A DNA stretch of 63,896 bases, filler included. It is 11 parts of 11 records of this genome, joined end to end, with 100 filler letters (N's around TTAATTAATTAA, not from the genome) between each part and the next. Parts side by side here need not be neighbours in the genome. Positions count along the whole stretch, not along the records: positions 32,532 to 41,199 come from SRR7504441_1979; positions 41,300 to 47,284 come from SRR7504441_1980; 9 more parts are not named here. One strand, written 5' to 3'. The notes below the pieces were generated by a model, which searched no databases, was not told the DNA's origin, and saw nothing but the letters and a program-made list of their open reading frames with translations. Below, one piece after another: positions 33,150 to 44,667 of the stretch. Within the stretch, counting starts at the first letter, position 1; each line of letters opens with the position of its first letter. The translations under genes and the position numbers were made by a program.

Positions 33150-36100
33150 TATGCTCATATCCTTGTTGTACTCGCCTGCATCGCATCATCCGTAAGTCAG
33201 ACCATGAGCAGCCAGAGGCAGAAAGGATACCAGGGCATGCGTTCTTGTATGGGCACTTGTTGATCATGGTGTTTGGCCCCCAGTCTGTCACTGGAAGTGG
33301 TCGACAGTTTGTCCCATCACAGATCCCAGTCCAGGCATTCTTCTTGGCCAACGGATATCGGTTTGGTCCTGTGCTTGTCCATGGCTTTGCCAGATTGCAG
33401 TTGGCGCCCTGCATAGCAGAGGGGTCAGAGGCAGCCGGATTGGTAGAGGCCGTGTCACATTAAAACCGCTGCCAACAATTGGCCCCTTCTTGCACGTCTT
33501 CTTCATGTCAGTGCACGCCATGCCGTCCTCCCCGTATTCCCCTGTGTTGCTTGGATCCACACCAGTGTATTGCCACTCCCGGATGAACTTGCCGTCGGGA
33601 CAAAAGCAGCCACCAATCCCAACGCTGCCTTTGAGGCTGGATGATCCCGCTGGGCACCTGCAGCACACACCAGGCTCAGTACACACCTCACGCCATCAGG
33701 AGGAGCAGAGTCACTCACTGCTGACACTTGGCGTTGATTGCAGGGCTGAAGAAGCCAGCGGGGCACGGGGAGCAAGCCTTCACAAACATCTTCTGCGAGT
33801 ACAGGGCCTGAGTGAGAGCTGCCTCCGGCTGCCATCCCTTGGGGCAGTCTCGCGCCAAGATCTGGCCGTAGGCGACCACTGGGTTTGCAGAGATGTCTCC
33901 AAACTTGCGCATCTCCCATGGAATGGACTGATAGTCCATCCGGTGCGCACACTGCACTCGCAGATTGAGCGCAGCATCGAAGTAGGATCTGAATTCAATG
34001 GCTTTGAATTTGTTGGATCCCTGTGCAGTGGTCGAATCCAAGACACCAGCCAGGGTCGGTGCGCGGATGCAGTCGGGGTTGTTGAGAGCTGAGTCTTGTG
34101 CCAGCGCACAGGGAGCCTTGTGGCCGTAGAGTTCTGTGGAAGATGGGGACACATCCGCCTTGAGCAGACAGAACGTGCTGTTGGCAATGTAAACCGGCTG
34201 CTGAAGAGCGTCGAATGTCGAGAACTTGAGCGCATTCATGTCCTCGCCGTGGTTCCCATACACGTTGTCGTAGGCCACACCAGGGATGAAACCTTGCGCC
34301 TTGTTGCTGACCCCAGGCGTGCTCAAGCTCATGGCTGCTGGCACTGCAAGCAAAGCACAGATCAAACAGACAGGCATCAGGGTGGCTTACAGGTTGCGTA
34401 GGTGCTGTTTGATGTGCCATCCGCATTGGAATCCCCATACACCTCGTACAGAGACGCCCCTGGCTCACCAGAGTGGTAGTAGGCCATGTTGTCTTGGGTG
34501 AGGGGCAGGTCCGCCGAGCCGTTGTTGAGCTTGTCTCCGATGAAGATCCGATTTTGGACTGCTGCTGCAGCTGCGCTGGACGCTGAGCGTCTCGAGGATG
34601 CCTGGATGTCAAGCGCCTCGAGCAGGTCGGCCGTGGTGTTGTAGAGCAGGGCGGCGACACTGCCAGAGCCCGCGTAATTGCGCTGGACGGTGGTCTCGTT
34701 GATCATGGCCGTCAACGGCACCCGGTCAAACGCAAAGGCGCCGCCCCAGAGGTCTGCCGCATTCTCGTACAAGGCCATCTTTTGCAGCTTGAGGGCCCCA
34801 CCGGGACACTTTGTGCCGTCTGATGGCGTGTGCGCCGGGCACGCACGGGAGGCATTCCCCAGGCTGTCCTGCGGGTCGCGGTCCCATGAGTAGAAGTTGT
34901 TCATTGGGTCGTCGCAGCTCTTGTCGCCGATTGGTGGCAAGTTGAGATCGCCGTCCTTATTCCTGATGGCATCGCAGTAGTTGACACTCGTAAAGTTGCA
35001 GCTGGCCAGTGAGCTGTTTGTGCAGTAGATGTTGGATTTGAGCCGTGTGTGGTTGCAGATGGAAGCCGAGGTCCCAAGTATTGGGGAGACGGCCAGTGAA
35101 GCTGGGTAGCCACCGGCACATACTGGAGCCGCTTCCGATGTGCAGTCACACTTTCTGAGCGGGCCTCGTGGGTACCTGGTCGCGTTTCGCATCCGGGCCG
35201 GATCGCCCTCCTGGATGCCGCGTGAGTAGAAGGCTCCACCAGCCTGCTTGCCAATGTTGTTGCTGAGCACCGTCCCTCCGGTCTGGCCGCGCATCCAAAT
35301 GCTGCCGTTGGCGTGCAGGATGGCAGCAAAGCCTCCAGCAACATCTGCATAGTTCCTGGTGCCAGAGCAGTTGTCCATGTACGTGAACGCGTTTTGCGTG
35401 GCAAAGGCACCACCATTCAGACCCGCCACATTTCCAACAAAGCTGGTGTCGCTGATGGTCACATTTGACAGGGGGAAGATCGGCTCGTTCTTCAGCAGGT
35501 CCTTGGGCTCGCTGCCCAGCCAGTACGAGCCCAGGTCGTGCTCCACAAACATTGCGCCACCGTCCTCGCCAGCACTGTTCTCCTCAAACGTCGAGCTCGC
35601 AATCTGGAGCCGGGGCCCGCCGCGGACCTGGATTGCACCGCCGTCGTGGTAGGCTCGGTTCCCTTTGAACTTGCAGTTGGTGACCTCAGCTTGTGAATTG
35701 TCCATCAGCAGCATGACTCCGCCGCCACGCCCGTCGTAGCCGAGAGCTCGGTTATTTGTGAACGTGACATCAGTCAGGTAGACCTTTGAGGTGTACTGCG
35801 CAAATATGGTGCCTGCGTACCACGAGGCGTAGTTGTTCTTGACCGTCATGTTTTGGAGGGTCGCAGAGGACTCGCCCTTGAGCCACATGCCGGCCGTGTG
35901 CCGAGCTGAGAAATTCTCCTCGATGGTGCCATCGTAGAGCTCGATGCTGCTCGTCTGCCACTGATAGAACAGAGTGCCACCGTCACCGCCCATCAGCTTG
36001 TTGCCCTTGAAGCCACAGCCATAGCACTTGAAACTGCTACCCAGCCAGAGTTCCACAACGCAGCCGTAGGTGGTGCATCCGTTCTCGTTGAAATTTGAAC

Positions 36101-39100
36101 CGGCTGCGACAAGCTGGCTCTCTCCAAAAGAAGTAGTGACTGCAAAGCCACCACCCCCGTCCTGAGCGAATCCCCGGTTGAACTCGGAGTTTCGGGCAAT
36201 GACACTTGCTGACCAGAGCTTGAAGTGCCCACCAAGGACACTGTTACTTGGATCTTGCGGCAGGGCAAGCGAGTCGTCGAGAATGGAATCATCGAGAGTG
36301 AAAGCCAACGTCACTTTCATAGTGTGCACTGCTCCGCCCACAGTAGTGGTGCCCAAGCATCGATAGTTTGTCGCAACGCTCGGACAGCCTGGGATTGACG
36401 ACGCCCCTTGGCCGCCGACCGGGTAGCTGCCGCTGCAGTTGTTGCTGGTGGTTGTGCAGGCTTTCTGAATAGCGGTTGTTGCACCCTGGCAGAAAAAGCC
36501 GCCGTTACAGGCAGACTGCTGCTGGATTGTACTGCCTTTGATGTTCACGATGACCTGGACCACCTTGTCTCCGGCAGCATAGAGCAAGCCCCCTTGGGTG
36601 CAGGTCTGACTCCCCAAGTAGCGCTGGCCACCGTCACCCGTCATGGCCTGGGTCAGCATGTAGTACTCGTCCGTGGTCGTAAACATTCCAATGTTACCAT
36701 TTATACAGGTGCCCGAGCTGCAGTCGTATGCAAGAGGGCAAGTCCAGGTCGCCCCGCTGGCCCAGGCCATGCCAAGGTTTGCGCCGTTGGTTGACTTCCA
36801 GTAGCCATCGGGGCAGCAGAAGACGCGGCCATTCGGGTAGGTCCTTGCTTTGTGCTTTGAGACACCGGGCGCAAAGGCTACAGCTTGTCCTTGTTGATTA
36901 TAAAGGTACGACCCTGGCAGTGTCGCTTCGACCGGCTGACCGCACCAGTGCGTCGTGTTGGTGTAGATGGTGGACACGGTCTTGGTGATGGTGCTGCCCT
37001 CGATGAGCAGCCGGAGAGAAGCCTGTACGTTGATGGCGGCATAGAACCCTTGGGTGAGGCCGGTCACGTTGGAGTCCTTGATGTGCAGCTGCCCGATCCA
37101 CACGTCCTGGCCCGTCCTGATCGCGTCTCTGGATTGGTACGTCCCAAAGGGATCAGGCTGGTACTGGTAGTCTATCAGGGAGCCGGCCAGGAAGGCGGTG
37201 TTGTTGGCCATGGTGCAGCTGTCAAAGGTGATGTTGGGCGCGTCGCGCAAGACAGTGCGCGCCCAGATCACCCCGCCCGCGTCGCGGGCCACGTTGGAGT
37301 CGATGGCGCAGCGGGTGAACCTGATAACTGGGGTGTCCTCCATGAATCTGTACAGGAAGGCGACGTCCTTGTACGCAGCAAGGGAGTTGTCCAAAGTCGT
37401 GCTGGCCGGGATGATGTAGTCCTGGTAGGCGCAGGCATCAAACGGAGCCTGCGTGGGTCGACCGTTTGAGCTTGCCAGACAGCCCTTTGCACCGGACTCG
37501 ACGTCAGGACCACACTCCTGGCAGTAGGTGTTCTTCTTCCTTACGTCTGGCCAGATGGAGACCACGCCGCCCTTCCCGCTCATCTGCTTTGTGTCGGACT
37601 GAGCGGTGGCAGAGTCAGGAAAGGATTGGTAGCGGACCCCGTTGTTTGCAATATAGGTGTCCGACACTCTCAGGTCCCAGGTGCAGTTGTAGATCGGGCG
37701 CTCACTGCCTGCATAGAACTCGAGGGCAAAGACGCCACCGCGCTTTCCCGCAACATTCCATGCAGCGACCGACTTGGAAGCACTGCTGAGTTGTGAGGCA
37801 CTGCTCACTGGGGCCGAGGAGGACATCTCCACGTTGACCTTGGAGCCGTAAGGGATTGTCAAAACACCGTACGTGCCCATTGTGACTGGTGAACATGCAG
37901 CAGGCTCCTCAGTAGGACATATCGGTGGCGGCACCTGGGCAGTGGTGTTCTTCCACGTCGGGACCACTGAACTGTGCCAGTTAACAAGGAAAGCTGCAAC
38001 TGCTGCACCCTTCCATCGGGCAATGTTGGCAACAAACTCGCAGTCAATAAGCTCCAGCTTGGTGGTTTGGGGAGCGTCAATGTACTGGTCAGGCTGAGCT
38101 GTGGGTGTGGAGAGGCCAGCAAACTTGATGGCACCGCCAGCACGGGCTCGGTTACGGATGAACTTATTTCTTTCGAAACGGAAGGTCCCCGTGAGCATTT
38201 GATTCCGGTCCGTCAGGTAGAACGCCCCGCCGTCTCCTGCAACGGCATTCATGGTGAAGATGCTGTCTTTGATGACGTAAGTCCAGTTGTTGGCGCCAAA
38301 TCCGTACCAAAAGCCGCCATGCCAGTTGACAATGCCGTCGATGTTGGACTCAAAGCGCGGCTCCATTGGGGTGTACTTGCCCATTGAGCGGCAGTTGGCA
38401 AAGTACTCGTTGCCCTGCGTGACACTCTTGGAGAAGAGCACGTACTTTGAACCCGGAGTGTACAGCTCGTCGTCGCATCCGGAGGTGTAGCAGGCAGGGT
38501 TGACGCAGGTCCCGGCGCCTGCCCCGCCTGCTGCGACCACGGAATCCCACGTCGGGAAAGTGCCGCAGCACGTGCCACACGCGGCATTGCAGCCGCAGCC
38601 AGGCACTGCATAGCCGTAGTTGTCATAGTTCTTGCACGCATACGTTTCGTAAGGCGTGAGCACCGCGTCTGTATCCGCGATGGGGCCCCCATCCAGCATG
38701 CCCATGAGCGGCCACCGGAGGCTGGGGTCCGGGTGCGTCTCAAACGCGCCCTGGTTGCCCGAGGCGCATGCCAGCTGGGTTAGCGTCTGCTCGCCACATT
38801 TGCACTGCGCACCGACGCAAAAGTACGGCCCAGAGGCATTGAGTTTGTAGCCCAGAGGCATGGTGGTGCTGCTGCTGGCATCCCCTTGGACCAATTGACC
38901 TTGTAAGGAGAAGCAGGTCGCGGGCATGGAGGTGTTGACGGCAGGCTTGCAAACGTTATTTGGGAGAGTGCGTTCAAACTTGGTGGCGCCGTATTGCTGG
39001 TCCGACTTTGGGGCTCCCTTCATCGCCTTGCCGTCAGACCAGCCCTGCCTGGCCGCGTAGACCTGGTTCATATAGACTGTGGCCGGGTACTGCCGCCAGT

Positions 39101-40850
39101 ACTCCTTCAAGCTGGTGTTCTGGCCCAGCGCTTTGGTGGTAGCTCCCTTGAACCCAAACAGGATGCCACGGTTCGGAGCCTGATAGAAGCCTGAACCTTC
39201 ATATGCCTTGTTTTCATAGAAGGCGACCTTGGTGAAGTTGAACACCGGCAGCTCGTTGGTCACGGGCATTTGGGCTGCCGACACCTTGTAGATCCATGAT
39301 GCCCAATCTGCTCCGAGATAACCCGTCCAAAGGCCGCCGATCGCGCCACCCTTCCCATAGCTGTTGGATACCGGATTGAAAGCTGTGTTCCGATAGAAAG
39401 TGCAGCCCTCAATGTTCATCTTTGGGTTCCTGCCAACGCCGAGCTCGAAGACCGGCATGTGGTAGATGGCGCCTCCGGCACCCTTGTCCACCGCATTGCC
39501 CCACGCATTGTTCATGTAGAAGTTGCAGTACGAGCCCATGAACGGCTCGTCTGCCTGGTGGCCTGTGCTCTGGATCCACTTGTTTGAGCCGATTGGGAAG
39601 GCAATCGGTCCTTGGGCGTGAGAGCCAAACGGCACCGGATCGCCCTTCAGGTTGAGCGTCCCGCCAGCCCAGCCAATGGCACCGCCCATCAGCGCCTGGC
39701 TCTTGCCAAAGTCGCAGTTGATGATGTCGTAGACCACGTCGCCAGTGTACCCGCCCCAGAGCTGCAGCACTCCACCAAACCCCACCTGCGCACACATAAG
39801 CGCGTGGTCAGGTGACGGGCGCGAGTGCAGCCGGCCCTGACCTTTGTCGGTGTTCCTGCAGCCTTGCACTTGAGTGTGACGCTGTCAAACTGGGCCGGGT
39901 CGGACACGTTGCACGGGCAGGTGAACCAGTCCGGAACCTGGGACGCAAGCTGAGGGTGCCCGTTGAGGCACACGGTCGGGATCAGTGTGCCGCCGTTAGC
40001 GTAGCTGGCTGTGTTGGCCCAGTTTCGTGCAGCGTTGCCTGGGCAGTATGTGGTTCCACCGTTAGAACCAGAGCAGCTGATGTCCTCGTTCTTGGCGTGC
40101 CCACGCATAAAGGCGATGTTTTTCAGTGTCAGTTGTCCACTGTCGCCTTCCCAGCCGCAGCGGCTCGGGGTCCCCGACCAGCAGTGAGAGACAGAAAAGC
40201 TGGGGTCGACCCAGCCCGAAAACGTGAGGAACCGGTCCATGAACTCCAGGTCGACCATCGGCCGGTTGGTCGTCGAGTTGCCCTCGATCCGCTGCGGGCC
40301 TATGAGGGTGCACAGAGCCGAATAGGCGCTGTCCTTGGCCCCGCTCATTGCAGTGACCCCGCCGGTGGACGCGCCGGCCTGGGCGCGCAGGTCCCTGACA
40401 GCAGGAGTCCGGTAAGCGTCGCACCCGCTAGCCAAGGCGGGGTTGCGGGCTCACCGGTTACGCTCCCCGGCAAAGTACCCGCCGCTGGCCAGCAGGACCT
40501 TGGCATCGGCCGCGCCCCACTTGATCCGGTTGGCAAACGCCCACTTGATCGACTTGCACGGGGCGCTCCAGCTGGCTCCGCAGCTGGTGTCGTCGGTGCC
40601 GTTGACGCCGCCGTCGTAGACGAGGTCATTGACGTGGTCGTACCGCTTGCCCGAGTCGACATACACTGGAGCCCAGACAATCAGTCCCAATCCAGGCAGT
40701 GCGAGCCGCACCGACGTCGATGGCACCAGACTGCTGGCAGCACGCGTCGACCAGGTTGTCGTCCGGCTTGGCCGCATTGTTGCACGCGCTCACAGTCAGG
40801 ATGGGCCATGCTGCCGCCAGCATGGCCACCCACGCCACGCGCGCCACCAT
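33150..40850 (-). CDS. Giant secreted right-handed beta-helix protein with Pmp-like GGA(I/V)/FxxN repeats and Cys-rich tail (3' end uncertain)
   Basis: Signal peptide MVARVAWVAMLAAAWPILTVSA; many FxxN...GGAI/GGAF/GGAM motifs in ORF 34377-39869. It continues through a 47-nt intron (34390-34344) into ORF 33715-34377 and CSPCPAG/CPAGS Cys-rich modules. Confidence 0.75.
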
Positions 40851-41365
40851 GCCAGGAATGCGAATCTGGAGGAAACCTCATGAGATCTCTTGCAGCCTGT
40901 ACAGTACGGCGCAGGGTACTGAGATCTATAGTGCCTACTGCCTAGTGGCCATTTTTCATGGCGGCCAATTATAAATCCGCGAGGTCACCCCGCGTTTTCT
41001 TGTACTGGTACGTACAATGCATATGCTTAGAGTGGAACGTAGAGTATAACAAGTTGCTTAATTAATAACACATCAAAGATTAACTGTAAGCATGTAAAAC
41101 ATGATTCAGACCAAAAAGGAGAAGATGAGCAGCGGCCGACACTGGTGTCCGGTGGGCGGACCGCAGGGTCAACCAGGCCAGCCCGGGCCCGGCCGGCGCN
41201 NNNNNNNNNNNNNNNNNNNNNNNNNNNNNNNNNNNNNNNNNNNTTAATTAATTAANNNNNNNNNNNNNNNNNNNNNNNNNNNNNNNNNNNNNNNNNNNNA
41301 GCAGCACCACAAAGAGGTGACCAACCGACTAATTTGTGGCTTGAGAGCGCCCGCGCCAATAATCT

Positions 41366-42442
41366 GTGGCTGAGAGCGCTCGGTGGCAGGCGTGGCCGGG
41401 CGACCGGTGGCACCCGTCGGAGGATGTCGAGCTCGACGAGGAGCCGGATCAGATCGGCAAAGGCCAGCAGGCGGTCGCTCGTGAGATTGGACACGTCGAA
41501 GAGGATATCCGTGAGTCGGAGAATGTGCTTGCCCAGATGGCAGAAGGACCAGAGAAACAGGCCGAGCAAGTGCGACTAGAGGGGCTCAAGAGCCAGCTGC
41601 TCCAGCTCCGGACAGAGCATGTTGACCAGGGTCTGCGCGACAGCATGCGGATGTCGATGCGCAACTCGGTATCACTGGGCGATACAGCTGGCGCCGTCAA
41701 GGCATTCCATCAGATGAAGGCCGAGCGGGATGAGGCGGTCGCTAGGACGGACGAGCTGACCAGTCAGGTGAAGGCGGATGCGGCCAAGATCAAAGAGCTT
41801 GAGGACGCCACGGCGATGCTCCGGGCCAAGACTGACATGATCAACCACACAGCATCTGCACAGATTAATGCACTGCATGAGCAGCTGGAAGAGAGCCAGA
41901 GGCAACTGGAGGCTGCCAGCCCGGCAAAGCAGCCCGGGCAGCCTCAGCTTGTCCTGGGCCGGCGGACTAGTTCGCAACCGGCAGAGAGCGACAATCGGGC
42001 AGATAAAGCCCAATTGAAGGACCTGGATCGGGAGGTGCGGCAGCTACGGCGGCTGAACAGCATCATGGACTACCAGCTGCGGTCGGTGTCTCATGGGATC
42101 ATGGTCACTCCGTCGAGCTACAACCCAACAGAAGAAATGGCCGGGTGGCTGCAGCGCGAGGCGACTCTCAGGTGGTGCAGCAAGTATTACCGGACCAACT
42201 ATGACCCGAAGACAAACCATGGCGCTCTGAAGCAACACGAGGATGACAACCGGAGCAGGGTAGAACAACAGTGGACGTTCATAGAGATCATCAATATCAC
42301 TTTCGACCCGAAGAAGAGGTACATGTCTCTGTTTATTCAGGGCCAACGGGAGCCGATGAGACTATATGCATCTGACGAACAATCCTTCGCCAGATGGGCC
42401 AACTTCCTTTACTTTCGAGTGTTTCCCCCTCCGAAATGGTGA
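41366..42442 (+). CDS. Coiled-coil protein with C-terminal PH domain (probably 5'-partial)
   Basis: Heptad-rich region, then MAGWLQRE...W..YY...MRLYASDEQSFARWANFL (PH C-terminal helix with conserved Trp). Confidence 0.7.
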   Translation: MAESARWQAWPGDRWHPSEDVELDEEPDQIGKGQQAVAREIGHVEEDIRESENVLAQMAEGPEKQAEQVRLEGLKSQLLQLRTEHVDQGLRDSMRMSMRNSVSLGDTAGAVKAFHQMKAERDEAVARTDELTSQVKADAAKIKELEDATAMLRAKTDMINHTASAQINALHEQLEESQRQLEAASPAKQPGQPQLVLGRRTSSQPAESDNRADKAQLKDLDREVRQLRRLNSIMDYQLRSVSHGIMVTPSSYNPTEEMAGWLQREATLRWCSKYYRTNYDPKTNHGALKQHEDDNRSRVEQQWTFIEIINITFDPKKRYMSLFIQGQREPMRLYASDEQSFARWANFLYFRVFPPPKW

Positions 42443-42675
42443 ACAAACAACAGCCCATGCATATTACAAGTACGAGTTAGCTCATGATTGCATGATGCAG
42501 GTATAATTATACTAGTAGTCATTTTCATTGGCCTCATTGTTATGAATAAGCAATAAATGCCTGTTGACACTATGTTTGCACGTTCTCACAGGATTTTCTA
42601 CATGTACTTAGGATTCTCTATAATCAAATATCAACCAAATCAAATGCCGCAGGCCTTGACTGACTGATGACTCAC

Positions 42676-44229
42676 TCAATCGTCATCAGTCGTGTAGTAG
42701 GAATTTCCTTCGACCGTGATATTTTTGGCGGACTTGGAAATGTGAACGACGGACGGGCCCTCGCCAATGAATGTATTGTTTTCCACTCGAATGTTTTGCA
42801 TCTGGATCGGACCTTCAAACCACACCTGCAAACCGGTTATCTCAAGGTTGCGCCCGACTGCTTTCGAGAAAGTCGTATTTGTCACGCGCGTATCACTAGT
42901 TTTGATCCGGCCCAGGTTGCAATTCGTGACTGAGAAATCACAGGAGTCAATCACGGCGCCACTACCCGACATGGAGTCCACGTTCACGAGGTCGGTTCCT
43001 TTGAGCTTAGAAAATGTGCCGGCGGGAGCGCCCGCAAAACTCACATTCCACACATCGCTGCCGGAGCCGAAGTGCATCAAGCCATTGCTAGCGTTGGTGT
43101 ATGTCCTCACGCTCCACTCTTCTACGGCCTTCAACACTGCTGGGTCCTTCACCTCGGCCGTTTGTGTCACTTGCAGCTGGGCAAGAATTGTAAAAGTTGC
43201 GTTGATGCACTCCCCAGCGTTGCGGCAGGAGAGCGGATAGAATGAGAACATGTCCCCAGATCGTACATTCGATAGCACGCGTTGACTGCCGTATACCGTG
43301 TTCAGAGGAACAGCGTCGATGTGCGGGTTGATGACCAGGCAGCTGCGGCTGAGGGCGTCACATTTGTAGACCAGCTGCAGTGTGTTGTGAAAGTTGAAGA
43401 AGTCATCCGCCGTACCGTGGATCCGGCTATCAAGGAATTGCAGCCCGTGGCGCACGTCGCTCTCATGCAGGCCGTCTTTGCCCGCAACCATGGCATTGAA
43501 GTCCTCCGGATCTGGCTGAAAATTAACGCGGCGGAAAATGTGACCGCCGTCACCCAGGAAGCTCGTGATGGCCATGAAAGGTGCGTGCCGGATAGTGAAG
43601 TCCTCGATCACACAATGGGAGCTGTTGAACAGGTTCAGCGTGAACTTCCTCCCCGAGTTAAACTGCTGGGTCGGCCCGCCCGGCGGCGGAGGCGGTGGCA
43701 CCGGCGCGAGCGGGCTGGCGCAGGCATGGTCAAAGTCCACGTCAGGGAGAGAGCGAGGTGCGTAGTCGACTGCAACGCCGCGGATCACAACATTAGCCGA
43801 GCTGCTAACATTGATCCCCGAGCTCCACATCACAGAGCATGCACAGCTCGCGTTGGTCGAGGACTTGCAGCTCGGCGGCTTAGCCGGGTTGCCGAAATCA
43901 ATTGCAGCGCAGCCGAAGTCTGTGGGCTGCTGACCACACTTCCAGATGGAGAAGTTCAGCAGCGGTACGCAGGCTGGGGCCACGCAGGTCGGCGCCGGCT
44001 GCAGCGTCAGCGGGTACTGGCTGCCGACGATGAGCAGGCTGCTGCGGTTGAAGTTATACACGCCGGTCAGCTCGATGGTGGCAGCTGCGCGCTTTGAAAT
44101 GGCCGCGTCAATCTGCCGCTGCAGCTGCAGGGCGCGCTGCTCCGGAGTCAAAGCGCTCACGGCTGGCGAGAGCTGGCAGCAAAGCAGCAGCAGCAGCAGA
44201 AGGGACGACGTGGCGCTGAACAGCCGCAT
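42676..44229 (-). CDS. Secreted beta-helix glycosidase, GH110-like
   Basis: Signal peptide; DGLHESDVRHGLQFLDSRIHGTADDFFNFHN resembles the GH110 D..H...G.DD..N.H motif; parallel beta-helix repeats. Confidence 0.6.
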   Translation of the reverse strand: MRLFSATSSLLLLLLLCCQLSPAVSALTPEQRALQLQRQIDAAISKRAAATIELTGVYNFNRSSLLIVGSQYPLTLQPAPTCVAPACVPLLNFSIWKCGQQPTDFGCAAIDFGNPAKPPSCKSSTNASCACSVMWSSGINVSSSANVVIRGVAVDYAPRSLPDVDFDHACASPLAPVPPPPPPGGPTQQFNSGRKFTLNLFNSSHCVIEDFTIRHAPFMAITSFLGDGGHIFRRVNFQPDPEDFNAMVAGKDGLHESDVRHGLQFLDSRIHGTADDFFNFHNTLQLVYKCDALSRSCLVINPHIDAVPLNTVYGSQRVLSNVRSGDMFSFYPLSCRNAGECINATFTILAQLQVTQTAEVKDPAVLKAVEEWSVRTYTNASNGLMHFGSGSDVWNVSFAGAPAGTFSKLKGTDLVNVDSMSGSGAVIDSCDFSVTNCNLGRIKTSDTRVTNTTFSKAVGRNLEITGLQVWFEGPIQMQNIRVENNTFIGEGPSVVHISKSAKNITVEGNSYYTTDDD

Positions 44230-44667
44230 CAGCTCGCTTTCCCGCCACGAGTCAACGGACTTTTGCTACCCGTGACACGCTCTCCAGAGGGGTCGGGTCG
44301 AATCTGGGTCTCGACCCGTGCTGCCTGACGGTCTGACACCGTGCTGCAGGTACGGTACCGAGACTTACGATCGAGCGCCGATACGAGTGGTAGCTGCTTG
44401 GCTCACGGTAGCTGCTCGTGCTGGGCTGGCTGGGCTGGCTGGGCATTAGGGTTAGGCTGGCTGGCCCTATCCGTAACCCTCAGGCTGGCCGTATCCGTCA
44501 GGCCGGCCCTATCCCTATCCCTCAGGCTGGCTGCCCCTCGACAGTATATGTGATGTCGATTGTGCCCTTACTCGCCTAACAATCCCCGTTAGTGATCAGT
44601 CTCCCCAATGTCGTTTCGTCCTGATGCCATAACCTGAGCTTGTTTCGTGTGTTTCTCACAGTGAGGG

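Noticed and set aside
34375-34379. TGATG stop/start overlap suggesting operon-like translational coupling
   Set aside because: It lies inside a 47-nt GTAAG...TTGCAG intron (34390-34344) whose removal fuses the two ORFs in frame.
44421-44535. Telomere-like or regulatory repeat (ggctggc/tatcc words, one ttagggttagg)
   Set aside because: Short, irregular low-complexity sequence with no sustained unit.
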